From Gammaproteobacteria bacterium (GTDB taxonomy: Bacteria > Pseudomonadota > Gammaproteobacteria > Eutrophobiales > Eutrophobiaceae), in the NCBI GenBank assembly GCA_963422205.2, contig CAXMWX010000008.1:1-34004 (forward strand): a stretch of DNA of 34,004 nucleotides. The letters are read 5' to 3'. The notes under the pieces are model-generated. The model saw nothing but the letters and a program-made list of their open reading frames with translations, was not told where the DNA came from and did no database searches. The translations under genes and the position numbers were made by a program. Below, piece by piece: positions 18,997 through 28,780 of this stretch. Position 1 is the first letter of the stretch. Each line of letters starts with the position of its first letter.

Positions 18997-19742
18997 GGTG
19001 TGATCTGAAGTCGCAGACCGCGCTGGTGACAGGGGCAAGCCGAGGCATTGGCAAGGCCATCGCCAGGGCGCTGGGGCAGGCGGGGGCCACCATCATCGGC
19101 ACGGCCACCAGCACGGCCGGGGCGGAAAACATTACCGCCGAGTTGGCGGCTGCCGATATTCAGGGGCAGGGGCTGGTTCTGGATGTCACCATGCCCGGTG
19201 CGATCGATGAATTGCAACAGCACTTGCAGGGCGAGGCAGCTTTTCCGGCCATTTTGGTCAATAACGCGGGGATTACACGGGATAACCTGATGCTGCGAAT
19301 GCGAGATGATGCGTGGCAGCAGGTGATCGAGACCAACCTGTCTTCGGTTTACCGCCTGAGCAAGCTGTGCCTTCGGCCGATGATGAAGCAACGCTATGGC
19401 AGAATTATCAATATCACCTCGGTGGTCGCCTTCTCAGGCAACGCCGGTCAGGCCAATTATGCCGCAGCGAAGGCCGGCATGGTCGGTTTCAGCCGCTCAC
19501 TGGCAAAAGAAGTCGGCAGCCGGGGTATCACGGTAAATTGCGTGGCACCGGGATTCATCGCCACCGATATGACAGCGGCCCTGCCAGAAGCACAGCAACA
19601 GGCATTGCTTGCACAGATCCCGTTAGCGCGTCTGGGCACGGCCGATGAGGTGGCACAGGCGGTTGTGTTTTTGGCATCGGCGGCTGCCAGCTACATCTCC
19701 GGTGCGGTTATTCATGTCAATGGCGGGCTGTATACAAGTTAG
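18993..19742 (+). CDS. fabG: 3-oxoacyl-ACP reductase
   Basis: TGASRGIG, NNAGITRDNL, YAAAK, VAPGFI.TDMT. Confidence 0.98.
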   Translation: MRCDLKSQTALVTGASRGIGKAIARALGQAGATIIGTATSTAGAENITAELAAADIQGQGLVLDVTMPGAIDELQQHLQGEAAFPAILVNNAGITRDNLMLRMRDDAWQQVIETNLSSVYRLSKLCLRPMMKQRYGRIINITSVVAFSGNAGQANYAAAKAGMVGFSRSLAKEVGSRGITVNCVAPGFIATDMTAALPEAQQQALLAQIPLARLGTADEVAQAVVFLASAAASYISGAVIHVNGGLYTS

Positions 19743-19810
19743 AATTAATTTTAGATAATTTTTATAATTAACTGTAAAATAAGACTATTTTTATTATTAA
19801 AACAAGCGGC

Positions 19811-19839
19811 TTGCAAGTTGATTATATTTCACTTACCTT
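19811..19839 (+). promoter_or_regulatory. Putative sigma70 promoter of acpP with AT-rich upstream tract
   Basis: TTGCAA-17 bp-TACCTT preceded by a very AT-rich stretch at 19741-19802. Confidence 0.5.
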
Positions 19840-19884
19840 ACACACGCTTCCAGTAGGCGTAGCATTTAGAGAGGTCTAAAGCAA

Positions 19885-20121
19885 ATGAGCAGTATTGAAG
19901 AACGAGTAAAAAAAATCGTGGTTGAGCAGTTGGGGGTGAAAGAAGACGAGGTCACAAGCGAGGCTTCTTTCGTGGATGATTTGGGTGCTGATTCACTGGA
20001 TACGGTTGAATTGGTGATGGCGCTGGAGGAGGAATTCAAGACCGAGATCCCGGATGAGGAAGCAGAGAAGATCACCACCGTCCAGCAGGCCATTGATTAC
20101 GTTAATTCAAACCTCGAATAA
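19885..20121 (+). CDS. acpP: Acyl carrier protein
   Basis: [20 protein letters not shown] phosphopantetheine site; GAGAGG RBS. Confidence 0.99.
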   Translation: MSSIEERVKKIVVEQLGVKEDEVTSEASFVDDLGADSLDTVELVMALEEEFKTEIPDEEAEKITTVQQAIDYVNSNLE

Positions 20122-20140
20122 GCAGCAGAGTTATACACAG

Positions 20141-20176
20141 AAGGCCGCGCATTGATTGATGGGCGGCCTTTTTCTT
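20141..20176 (+). terminator. Rho-independent terminator after acpP
   Basis: AAGGCCGCGCAT-TGATTG-ATGGGCGGCCTT stem (one mismatch) followed by TTTCTT. Confidence 0.8.
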
Positions 20177-20195
20177 GTATATGAGCCAAGCAGCC

Positions 20196-21434
20196 ATGAC
20201 GAAAAGAAGGGTGGTGGTAACAGGCCTGGGGCTGGTCAGCCCGGTCGGCAATACGGTAAGCGAGAGCTGGCAGACTATCCTCAGCGGCAGGAGCGGCATT
20301 GCCCCATTAACGCATTTTGATGTCAGTGCGTATCCGGTGCGCTTTGGCGGCTCTGTCCGCGGCCTGGATGTAACGGCTTATATATCCCCTAAAGAGGCCC
20401 GGAAGATGGACCCTTTCATCCATTACGGCATGGTGGCGGGGATTGACGCCTTCCGGGATTCCGGGCTGGAAGTGACCGAGGCCAATGCCACCCGTATCGG
20501 CGTGGCCGTCGGGTCAGGCATTGGCGGCCTGCCCGGAATCGAAAAAGGCACCCAGACCCTGCTTGCCAGCGGCCCGCGCCGTATCTCGCCGTTTTATGTG
20601 CCGAGTAACATCATCAACATGATATCCGGCCACCTGTCAATCCAGCTTGGTCTGAAGGGGCCGAATTTTGCCATCGTCACCGCCTGCACCACCGGCACAC
20701 ACAATATCGGCGATGCGGCGCGCATCATTGAATATGGCGATGCCGATGCCATGCTCGCCGGTGGGGCCGAGATGGCGACCTCCCCGACCGGGCTGGCCGG
20801 TTTTGCCAATGCCAAGGCGCTCTCTACCCGCAATGATGCCCATGAACGTGCCAGTCGCCCCTGGGATATCGAGCGGGATGGCTTTGTTTTAAGTGACGGG
20901 GCGGGGGTGGTGGTGTTGGAAGAATACGAACATGCCCGCCGCCGTGGCGCCAACATGTACGCTGAACTGACAGGTTATGGCATGAGCAGCGATGCCTATC
21001 ACATGACCGCCCCGGCAGAGGATGGTGACGGGGCAAGACGCTGTATGCGGAATGCGCTGGATAATGCGGCGATCAATGCCGATGCGGTACACTACATCAA
21101 CGCCCACGGCACCTCCACGCCAGCCGGCGATATCGCCGAAAGCCAGGCCATCCGGGCCGTGTTCGGGGAGCATGCAGGGGCCCTTGCGATCAGTTCAACC
21201 AAATCCATGACCGGCCACATGCTGGGGGCAGCAGGGGGGGCTGAGGCGATCTTCTCCATTCTGGCGCTGGGCGATCAGATCGCACCACCGACAATCAACC
21301 TGGATAGCCCTGATCCGGCCTGTGATCTGGATTATGTCCCCCATACAGCCAGAGACATGGGAATCGATATCGCCATGTCCAATTCCTTCGGTTTCGGTGG
21401 CACCAATGGCACACTCATCTTCCAGCGGGTCTGA
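20196..21434 (+). CDS. fabF: 3-oxoacyl-ACP synthase II
   Basis: [41 protein letters not shown]. Alternative start at 20181. Confidence 0.98.
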   Translation: MTKRRVVVTGLGLVSPVGNTVSESWQTILSGRSGIAPLTHFDVSAYPVRFGGSVRGLDVTAYISPKEARKMDPFIHYGMVAGIDAFRDSGLEVTEANATRIGVAVGSGIGGLPGIEKGTQTLLASGPRRISPFYVPSNIINMISGHLSIQLGLKGPNFAIVTACTTGTHNIGDAARIIEYGDADAMLAGGAEMATSPTGLAGFANAKALSTRNDAHERASRPWDIERDGFVLSDGAGVVVLEEYEHARRRGANMYAELTGYGMSSDAYHMTAPAEDGDGARRCMRNALDNAAINADAVHYINAHGTSTPAGDIAESQAIRAVFGEHAGALAISSTKSMTGHMLGAAGGAEAIFSILALGDQIAPPTINLDSPDPACDLDYVPHTARDMGIDIAMSNSFGFGGTNGTLIFQRV

Positions 21435-21512
21435 CTTCACTCCCCGCCGTCCACAAGGTCCGGTTGTCCGGTGCAGCCGCTGCGGGCAACAACATAACGG
21501 CCAGCCCGGCGG

Positions 21513-22325
21513 ATGATGCTCATCAACGGCCAGGCGACTGATCTCATCAAGGCCACGGAGCGCGCCGTGCAGTTTGGTGATGGCGTATTTGAGACCATGG
21601 CGGTGGTGGCCGGGCGGATGTTATGTTTGCAGGCACACCTGGACAGGCTGCACGCCGGGTGTCGGCGGCTGGGCATAGCGGATGTTGACCTGCCGGCTGT
21701 GGAAGCAGAGGCAAGGCAGGTGGCCGGGCAACAGCAGGACGGCATCCTCAAGGTGATCATCAGCCGGGGGCAGTCAACAGGTGGCTACCCCATTCCGGCG
21801 GAGATCCGCCACACCCGCATGATTGCCTCCCGCCCCTGGCCTGACAGCCCGACCAGTACAACCATCACCGCCTGTCTGTGCCAGATGCCCGCAGGCCGTA
21901 ACCCGGTGCTGGCCGGGATCAAACACTTAAATCGCCTGGAGCAAGTGCTGGCACGGCGGGAGGTAGAGGCACAGCGGTGTGATGAGGGGATCGTGCTGGA
22001 TGTGACCGGCGATGTGATCGAAGGCACCGCCAGCAACGTGTTTTTGCTGCATGATAAGACCCTGATCACCCCTGATCTGACATACACTGGCGTGGCAGGC
22101 ATCGTCCGGGTCGAGGTGCTGCGGCTGGCCGAGCAACTCGGCCTTGATACCGAGGTGCGGCAGGTCAAAGAAAACGAACTACAGCAGGTGACGGCGATGT
22201 TCTTTACCAATAGCCTGCGTGGTGTACAGGCGGTGCGGGCCTATGCTGGCAGGACGCTGCGGCTGCCGCCCCTGATCGATACCATCCGTTCACGCTTGCG
22301 CCAAGCACAGGTTATCCCGGCTTAA
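21513..22325 (+). CDS. pabC: Aminodeoxychorismate lyase
   Basis: FGDGVFETM, PLP lysine motif GIKHLNRLEQV, EGTASNVF, GVAGIVR. Confidence 0.95.
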   Translation: MMLINGQATDLIKATERAVQFGDGVFETMAVVAGRMLCLQAHLDRLHAGCRRLGIADVDLPAVEAEARQVAGQQQDGILKVIISRGQSTGGYPIPAEIRHTRMIASRPWPDSPTSTTITACLCQMPAGRNPVLAGIKHLNRLEQVLARREVEAQRCDEGIVLDVTGDVIEGTASNVFLLHDKTLITPDLTYTGVAGIVRVEVLRLAEQLGLDTEVRQVKENELQQVTAMFFTNSLRGVQAVRAYAGRTLRLPPLIDTIRSRLRQAQVIPA

Positions 22326-22326
22326 C

Positions 22327-23337
22327 ATGAGAAAAATCGCCTGGGTTTTCGGTCTGTCGCTGGTGATCATGGTATCCGTGCTGTACTGGCTGTATCAGGA
22401 TATCCAGCAGGAATTACGCCGCCCGCTCAAGATCAGCAAGGCTGAGTTACTGCTCATCACACCGGGCCTGTCGCTGGCGGCCATCGCCCGTGAATTACAG
22501 GCCAGGGCCTGGCTGGAACAGGCGGATTATTTGATTCTCCATGGTCGCCACAGCGGCGTGGCCGGTTCGATCAAAGCCGGAGAATATGCCATCACTCCGG
22601 GCATGACGGCGCTTGAGCTGCTTGATATGCTGGTGGCCGGCAAGGTGGTAGAACATGCGCTGACGCTGGTGGAAGGCTGGACATTTGACGACATCCTGCA
22701 CGCCATTCAGTCCACACCCCGGTTGCAGCACACCGTAAAATCCTCCGAACCTGCCGCCATCATGCAGGCGATTGGCAAGCCGGGGCAGGCCGCCGAGGGC
22801 AGGTTTTATCCTGATACCTACCACTTTCCGACCGGTATGCGTGATGTGGATTTTCTGTCCCGTGCCTATGATAAGCTGGTGCTGGTGTTAGCGGAGGAAT
22901 GGCAGGGGCGGGCGGCTGATTTACCCTATGCCACGGCCTATGAAGCGTTGATCATGGCCTCCCTGATTGAAAAAGAAACAGCCCTGCCGGAAGAGCGCGC
23001 CAGGATTGCCGGCGTATTCGTGCGCCGCCTGCAACACGGCATGCGGCTACAGACAGATCCGACGGTGATCTATGTCCTGGGCAAGCGCTTTGATGGCAAC
23101 CTCACACGCCAGGACTTGAAAGTCGACTCGCCGTATAATACCTACCGCTACCGGGGGTTGCCGCCGACGCCGATTGCCGCCGCCGGGCGGGAGGCCATCC
23201 ATGCCGCCCTGCATCCGGCACCGGGCGATGCGCTGTATTTTGTCGCCCGAGGTGATGGCTCTCACCACTTCTCTGCCACGCTCAAGGAGCATAATGCCGC
23301 CGTGCTAAAATACCAGTTAAGCAGACGCTCACCATGA
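22327..23337 (+). CDS. mltG: Endolytic murein transglycosylase MltG (YceG)
   Basis: N-terminal TM, ASLIEKET catalytic Glu motif, LQTDPTVIY, SPYNTY..GLPPTPI. Confidence 0.97.
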   Translation: MRKIAWVFGLSLVIMVSVLYWLYQDIQQELRRPLKISKAELLLITPGLSLAAIARELQARAWLEQADYLILHGRHSGVAGSIKAGEYAITPGMTALELLDMLVAGKVVEHALTLVEGWTFDDILHAIQSTPRLQHTVKSSEPAAIMQAIGKPGQAAEGRFYPDTYHFPTGMRDVDFLSRAYDKLVLVLAEEWQGRAADLPYATAYEALIMASLIEKETALPEERARIAGVFVRRLQHGMRLQTDPTVIYVLGKRFDGNLTRQDLKVDSPYNTYRYRGLPPTPIAAAGREAIHAALHPAPGDALYFVARGDGSHHFSATLKEHNAAVLKYQLSRRSP

Positions 23338-23981
23338 TCAAGGGAGGCTACTTTATCACCTTTGAGGGCATAGAAGGCGTGGGCAAAAGCACCCAGCTTC
23401 AGCTCGCCCATGCTGCGCTTCGTGAGCAACACGGCGATGCCATCGTACTCACACGGGAGCCGGGGGGGACGGCGGCGGGCGAGGTGATCCGTGAATGGCT
23501 GTTGCAGGATCATGCCAGCGAAATCAGCGCCATGACCGAATTACTGCTGATCTTCGCTGCCCGTGCACAACATGTGAAGGAGTGCATTTGTCCTGCCCTG
23601 GCGGAAGACAGAATCGTCTTGTGTGATCGCTTTACCGATGCCACCTATGCCTATCAGGGCGCGGCACGTGGTCTCGGCCGGCAGGCAGTCGCTGCCCTGG
23701 AGAAACTGGTACAGGCCGGGTTACAGCCTCACCTGACCATCGTGCTGGATATGCCCGTGCCGCTGGCGCTACAGCGGGTGCGTACCCGCCAGATCAAACA
23801 CCCGGGGCAGGATCGTTTTGAAGCCGAACAACAGACATTTTTTCAGCAGGTCCGCCAAGCCTATCTCACGCTGGCCGATGAGCAGCTTGACCGGGTGCAT
23901 GTGATTGCCGCTGATAGGGATATCGACACGGTGGGCGCTGACATCAAGGCATTGTTTCAGCGTCTGGGGCTGCTGGCATGA
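23334..23981 (+). CDS. tmk: Thymidylate kinase
   Basis: FITFEGIEGVGKST, TREPGGT, DRFTDATYAYQG, DRFE. Confidence 0.98.
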   Translation: MIKGGYFITFEGIEGVGKSTQLQLAHAALREQHGDAIVLTREPGGTAAGEVIREWLLQDHASEISAMTELLLIFAARAQHVKECICPALAEDRIVLCDRFTDATYAYQGAARGLGRQAVAALEKLVQAGLQPHLTIVLDMPVPLALQRVRTRQIKHPGQDRFEAEQQTFFQQVRQAYLTLADEQLDRVHVIAADRDIDTVGADIKALFQRLGLLA

Positions 23982-24940
23982 TCTATCCCTGGCAGGAATC
24001 GCAATGGCAGCAGATCAAACAGGTGGCCGACAGCGACCGGCTGCCCCATGCGCTGCTGCTGACCGGGGCTGAAGGCATGGGCATGATGGCGTTTGTGGAG
24101 CATCTGGTGGCGTATGTATTATGCCGTGATGCCGCCGATGCGGCCTCCATTCAGGCGTTGCTGGCCGCCGCCACACACCCGGATGTCCGACGGGTTAGGC
24201 CGGAAGAGGATGGCAAGCCGATTAAGGTGGAGGCGATCAGGGAGTTGATTGCTTTTATTCAACTCAGCAGCCACAATGGCAGATACAAAATCGCGGTGCT
24301 GGCGCCGGCTGAGGCGATGAATCGCAGTGCCGCCAATGCGTTGCTCAAAACCCTGGAGGAGCCGCCCGCCAATGCGCTGCTGGTGCTGTTATCACATCAC
24401 CCGGCCCGGCTGGCGGCGACGATCAGAAGCCGGTGTCAGCGGCTGCATTTCCCCCCGGCAGAGACGGCGATGGCCATGGCTTGGCTGGGTAGTCGGGGGC
24501 TGCAAACACAAGCACTGCCCACGCTGCTTGCATTGGCACAGGGGGCGCCGCTTCAGGTCCTGGCGCTGGATGAGGCGGGGACGTTGGCAGAGTTCCGCCA
24601 GATTACGGCCGACCTTATCGCCTTGAAGCATGGGCAGGCTGAGGCGGTGATGATGGCTGAAAAGTGGCTGGCATACGAGGTAAAGCCGCTATTTCACTGG
24701 CTGCTCAACCTGTTTGGCATGATGGTCAGGCTAAAATGTATCGGTTTCTCAAGAGATGCGGATAAGTCACAGATAAATAAGGATTTACATCATTTGTCAA
24801 ATGCACTAGACTTGGCCACTTTACTGGGCTGTTATGATCGCCTGCTGGCGGGTTATTATGCAGCAACCGGGCCGTATAATCTGAACAAACAAGGCCAGCT
24901 GGAAGAGTTTATCGCTTATTGGCAGATGCAGTTTACTTGA
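23978..24940 (+). CDS. holB: DNA polymerase III delta' subunit
   Basis: MIYPWQ, RLPHALLL, THPD, AANALLKTLEEP, TIRSRCQ. Confidence 0.96.
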   Translation: MIYPWQESQWQQIKQVADSDRLPHALLLTGAEGMGMMAFVEHLVAYVLCRDAADAASIQALLAAATHPDVRRVRPEEDGKPIKVEAIRELIAFIQLSSHNGRYKIAVLAPAEAMNRSAANALLKTLEEPPANALLVLLSHHPARLAATIRSRCQRLHFPPAETAMAMAWLGSRGLQTQALPTLLALAQGAPLQVLALDEAGTLAEFRQITADLIALKHGQAEAVMMAEKWLAYEVKPLFHWLLNLFGMMVRLKCIGFSRDADKSQINKDLHHLSNALDLATLLGCYDRLLAGYYAATGPYNLNKQGQLEEFIAYWQMQFT

Positions 24941-24960
24941 AACACCGGAGAGAATAACAC

Positions 24961-25320
24961 GTGAGCGCACCGGGCGGCAGAGACCCCAGACAAGGCATTT
25001 TATCGCTGACCATACGTGACAAGAGTTCCCTGTATGCCTCGTATATGCCGTTTATCAAAAATGGCGGCCTGTTCATACCGACTGCCAAGCCCTATAAAAT
25101 CGGCGATGAGGTCTTTATGCTGCTGACCTTGACCGGCAGCAAGGAAAAACTGCCCGTTGCCGGTAAAGTCGTCTGGATCACGCCCAAAGGGGCGCAGGGC
25201 AACAAGACGGCCGGTATCGGTGTGCAATTTAGCGAATTGGACAAAGGGGCGACCAGAAACAAGATTGAAAACCAACTGGCCGGTGCACTGAAATCTGACC
25301 GGCCCACCCACACCATCTAG
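24961..25320 (+). CDS. pilZ: Type IV pilus assembly protein PilZ (PA2960 type)
   Basis: GILSLTIRDKSSLYASYMPFIKNGGLFIPT, GIGVQF, C-terminal RPTHTI. holB-pilZ-tatD synteny. GGAG RBS with GTG start. Confidence 0.95.
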   Translation: MSAPGGRDPRQGILSLTIRDKSSLYASYMPFIKNGGLFIPTAKPYKIGDEVFMLLTLTGSKEKLPVAGKVVWITPKGAQGNKTAGIGVQFSELDKGATRNKIENQLAGALKSDRPTHTI

Positions 25321-25382
25321 CCAGCATGACCAACCCGACACATCGGATAAGCCAGCTTCCCCGCCAGGCATAAGCCGCCACC

Positions 25383-26150
25383 ATGCACACTCCCCTGGTC
25401 GATTCCCATTGTCATCTCAACATGATTGAGCATCCTGATGGCACAGCGGCGATCATTGCCAGGGCCAGGGCGGCCGGGGTAGGGCAGATGTTATGCGTGT
25501 CTGTCGACCTGCCGTCTTTCCCCGAAGTGAGGGCGCTGGCTGAACAACATGACGATGTCGCCGCCTCCGTGGGTGTGCATCCGAACAGCGCCTGTGCCGA
25601 GGAGGTCAGCGTGGCCCGGCTGGTTGAACTTGCTGATGATAACAGCATTGTGGCGATTGGTGAGACCGGGCTGGATTATTTTCGCAGCGAGGGCAACCTG
25701 GATTGGCAGCGCCAGCGCTTCCGCACCCATATCCAGGCGGCCAGGGAGATCAACAAACCGCTGATTATCCACACCCGTGAAGCGAAGGCGGATGTGTTGA
25801 GAATATTACAGCAGGAAGAGGCCCGGGCGGTGGGCGGTGTGATGCACTGTTTTGTGGAAGATTGGGAGACCGCCGCCGAGGCCATGGCGATGAATTTTAT
25901 GATCTCCTTCTCCGGTATCGTGACGTTTAAGAATGCGACCCGGCTGCATGAAGTCGCCAGGGCCGTGCCTTTGGAAAATATGCTGATAGAAACCGATTCA
26001 CCGTATCTTGCCCCGGTGCCGCACCGGGGCAGGCAAAATGAACCCGCCTATCTCGTTCATGTGGCTGAGCGCATAGCGGAGCTGAAAGAGATAGCGGTCG
26101 AAAACGTCATTGCCGCCACGACACAGAACTACCATACCTTGTTTCATTAG
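25383..26150 (+). CDS. tatD: TatD-family hydrolase (YcfH type)
   Basis: DSHCH, GVHP, AIGETGLDY, IIHTREA, GVMHCF, ETDSPYLAP. Confidence 0.95.
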   Translation: MHTPLVDSHCHLNMIEHPDGTAAIIARARAAGVGQMLCVSVDLPSFPEVRALAEQHDDVAASVGVHPNSACAEEVSVARLVELADDNSIVAIGETGLDYFRSEGNLDWQRQRFRTHIQAAREINKPLIIHTREAKADVLRILQQEEARAVGGVMHCFVEDWETAAEAMAMNFMISFSGIVTFKNATRLHEVARAVPLENMLIETDSPYLAPVPHRGRQNEPAYLVHVAERIAELKEIAVENVIAATTQNYHTLFH

Positions 26151-26164
26151 CCTTGCTGGCGGTT

Positions 26165-27292
26165 TTAAGGGGAGGCGATGATCTCTGCCACGGCATCCAC
26201 CGCCTGTTGCAGCTGGGCTTCTGGGGTATAAAAATGCGGTGAGAAGCGAATGCCGCCGCCACGATGCGCGCAGATGATGCCCTCGGCCAGCAAGGCCCTG
26301 TGCAGGGCGTGATGATCGGCATCCAGCACCTGAAAGACAAGAATGCCGGCCCGGCGTTGTTGATCTCCGCTGGTCTTGATATGTACGGATTTCAGCCTGG
26401 ACAGGGCGGCATATAAAACATCGATCTTCTCGGCGATTTGCTGCTCCACCTTGGGGATCCCGACCTCCAGCAACAGGCTTAGGCTGGCTGACAAGCCATG
26501 GATGCCCAGCATGTTGGCGCTGCCACACTCATAGCGCCTGGCGCTGCTGGCAGGCGTCCAGCTCATCGCCTCATAATCGCCCGCCTGCTCAACCATGTGC
26601 CAGCCGTATTGATGCAGGCGCAGCCGGTCACGCACCGCTGCCCTGCTGTAGAACAGGGCAATGCCCTCCGGCCCCAGCATCCATTTATGCCCGTCAGCCA
26701 TGACGAAATCCGCCTGGTTGGCCTGCACATCAAAGGCACAGGCCCCCAGGCTTTGAATGGCATCCACGCAGAACAAAATATTATGCGCCCGGCAATGCCG
26801 GCCAAGTTTATCCAGCTTGAGACGAAGCCCGCTGGCATATTGCACCGAACTGATCGCCAGGATGCGGGTATGTTCATCACAGGCCGCTATCAGGGCTTGC
26901 TCCGGCTCCGGGCAATGCAGGCTGACCTGGCGCAGGGTGACGCCGTGCTTGGCCTGTGCCTCCCAGGGGATGCGGTTGGACGGGAATTCCTCATCGGCAC
27001 TGACTACATTATCGCCAGCCCGCCAGTCCAAGCCCGCAGCGACCACAGAAATGGCCTCCGAGGTGCTTTTCAGCAAGGCGATATCGTCTGTTGAAGGGGC
27101 ATTGATTAATGTCTTGAACTGCTGCCTTAGCTCGGCCTCCTTGTCGCTGAAATGCTGCCGATAACGGCTGGCACCATAGCGGACATTTTCAGCAGCAAAC
27201 CGGGCCACGGCATCGAAGGTGCGCTGAGGCCAGGGGGCGAGTGCTGCATGGTTCAGATAAATCAGCCCGTCTGCCTGCGGGAATTCATTCAT
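26165..27292 (-). CDS. Class V aminotransferase-fold PLP-dependent enzyme (substrate unknown)
   Basis: YLNHAA, EFPSN, VDAIQSLG, PLP lysine motif DGHKWMLGPEG, IRFSPHFY. Confidence 0.9.
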   Translation of the reverse strand: MNEFPQADGLIYLNHAALAPWPQRTFDAVARFAAENVRYGASRYRQHFSDKEAELRQQFKTLINAPSTDDIALLKSTSEAISVVAAGLDWRAGDNVVSADEEFPSNRIPWEAQAKHGVTLRQVSLHCPEPEQALIAACDEHTRILAISSVQYASGLRLKLDKLGRHCRAHNILFCVDAIQSLGACAFDVQANQADFVMADGHKWMLGPEGIALFYSRAAVRDRLRLHQYGWHMVEQAGDYEAMSWTPASSARRYECGSANMLGIHGLSASLSLLLEVGIPKVEQQIAEKIDVLYAALSRLKSVHIKTSGDQQRRAGILVFQVLDADHHALHRALLAEGIICAHRGGGIRFSPHFYTPEAQLQQAVDAVAEIIASP

Positions 27293-27556
27293 GCGCTATG
27301 CCGTTTTGTGTTCGGGTAAAAACCGCCATGATGATGCCATGACGGTACGATATCAGCAAAAGCGGCTTATCACCCAAGTCAACGTGTCTGTGCTGCCCCT
27401 GGCTTACTGTGTGCATACCTTGGGGGAGGTGCAAGGCCAGCGCGGTATTTTTGCTGCACGGCTGCCGGGGTGAGCCGTTTCGTCTCACAGAAGCAGCGTT
27501 TGCCTCAGAGCTTGCAAGGTTCTACGGGGCCATGCGGCAGGTCTAAACGAACAGAA

Positions 27557-27985
27557 TCATCCCTTCCATTTTGTCAACAGTTTGGCGTTCAATGAAATAT
27601 CAATGTAGACCGGGGAGGTGACGCTTTTCTTGTAAATGCTCACCGTAGTCTGGTCTTTCGCTAATACCAAATTCGCTGTGTCAGGCCGGGTTTTGACGAG
27701 ATTCCTAAGCGGCTCTTCGATCATTTGCGTGACTTGATGGATGGCTTTATATACGCTGTGCCAGTGCCTGTAATTTTCCAGTGGCGATATGTGGGCATCG
27801 CAAAGAAAGGCATAATAACTCCACAAGATAGCCGATATGGCATCTCCCAGGCCCGGGTGAACATACAGCGATTCTAACAAGTCATAATCCTGACTTCCGA
27901 ACAGCAGATGATCGCCGGTTTGCTCTTCCAGAGAGAAGACAGGGCGTTGTATTTTTCTATTCATATATTTTAGATGTTTAAACAA
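27557..27985 (-). CDS. Hypothetical protein (142 aa from TTG, or 135 aa from ATG 27964)
   Basis: Open frame beginning 15 bp after the deiodinase-like gene on the same strand. No recognisable motif. Confidence 0.5.
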   Translation of the reverse strand: MFKHLKYMNRKIQRPVFSLEEQTGDHLLFGSQDYDLLESLYVHPGLGDAISAILWSYYAFLCDAHISPLENYRHWHSVYKAIHQVTQMIEEPLRNLVKTRPDTANLVLAKDQTTVSIYKKSVTSPVYIDISLNAKLLTKWKG

Positions 27986-28000
27986 TGCAGATTCTTAAAA

Positions 28001-28711
28001 TCAGCCCTGATTCCACTGGACGATGTCAGCCAGCGGTTTGCGGCTTAACTTCGGCACCCTGGCATCATCTGCCGGGTAGCCCACGGGCAGCAGCAGTACC
28101 GGCGTTTCATTGGCCGGCCTGTTTAACAACTCTTTTAAGAAATTCATCGGGTTGGGCGTGTGGGTCAGTGTGGTTAAACCGATATGGTGTACAGCGGCGA
28201 TGAACAGCCCGGCACTGATGCCAACGCTCTCCTCAACATAGTAATTTTTGATCTTCTCGCCTTTATCGTTTACCTGATAACGCTGTTTGAATAACACGAT
28301 GATCCAGGGGGCATCGGTGATGTGTTCTTTAATCCAGTCGGTGCCCAGCTTCGCCAGGGCCAGGCGCCAGGCATCGGTCATGCGCTCGGTGTAGGAGCGA
28401 TATTCCTCCTCCTCACAGGCCGCACGAATCTTCTCCTTCAATGCCTGATCGTTGATGGCAACATAATGCCAGGGCTGTTGGTGTGCGCCGGAGGGGGCGG
28501 TGTTGGAAGTCTTTATCGCCAGCTCGATCAGGGTTTTTGGCACCGCCCGTTGGGAGAAATGCCGGGTCGTGCGGCGGCGGTTGCATTCGGCATACCAGTC
28601 CTGTGCACGTTGCAGCATCTCATCTTCCGGCCGGGAAGTGAAGGCCAGCGGTTCATATTCGGGCTCGGGCAGGTCGGGGTACAGCCGACGGTAAGTGTTT
28701 TTCTCGCTCAT
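28001..28711 (-). CDS. Iodotyrosine deiodinase-like flavoprotein (nitroreductase superfamily, IYD subgroup)
   Basis: RRTTRHFS, TAPSGAHQQPW, lid EEEEYRSY...TDWIKE, YYVEESVGI, TLTHTP, LLLPVGYP...VPKL.RKPL. ATG at 28711 has an AGGAG RBS (236 aa). Confidence 0.9.
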   Translation of the reverse strand: MSEKNTYRRLYPDLPEPEYEPLAFTSRPEDEMLQRAQDWYAECNRRRTTRHFSQRAVPKTLIELAIKTSNTAPSGAHQQPWHYVAINDQALKEKIRAACEEEEYRSYTERMTDAWRLALAKLGTDWIKEHITDAPWIIVLFKQRYQVNDKGEKIKNYYVEESVGISAGLFIAAVHHIGLTTLTHTPNPMNFLKELLNRPANETPVLLLPVGYPADDARVPKLSRKPLADIVQWNQG

Positions 28712-28730
28712 CAGGGACTCCTGTTGGTGT

Positions 28731-28738
28731 TTAAGCAT
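28731..28738. repeat. Target-site duplication, left copy (TTAAGCAT)
   Basis: Abuts the left inverted repeat; 7/8 identical to TTAAGTAT at 31837-31844. Confidence 0.8.
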
Positions 28739-28760
28739 GGAATTTATATGCTTGGCTCCA
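28739..28760. repeat. Terminal inverted repeat (IRR relative to the transposase)
   Basis: GGAATTTATATGCTTGGCTCCA versus the reverse complement of 31815-31836, TGGGTTTATATATTTAACTCCA. Confidence 0.75.
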
Positions 28761-28780
28761 GCATTGTCAAATTTACGAAA

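Noticed and set aside
28712-28738. Longer N-terminus for the deiodinase ORF (ATG at 28738)
   Set aside because: That ATG lies in the target duplication next to the IR and has no convincing RBS. ATG 28711 has AGGAG.
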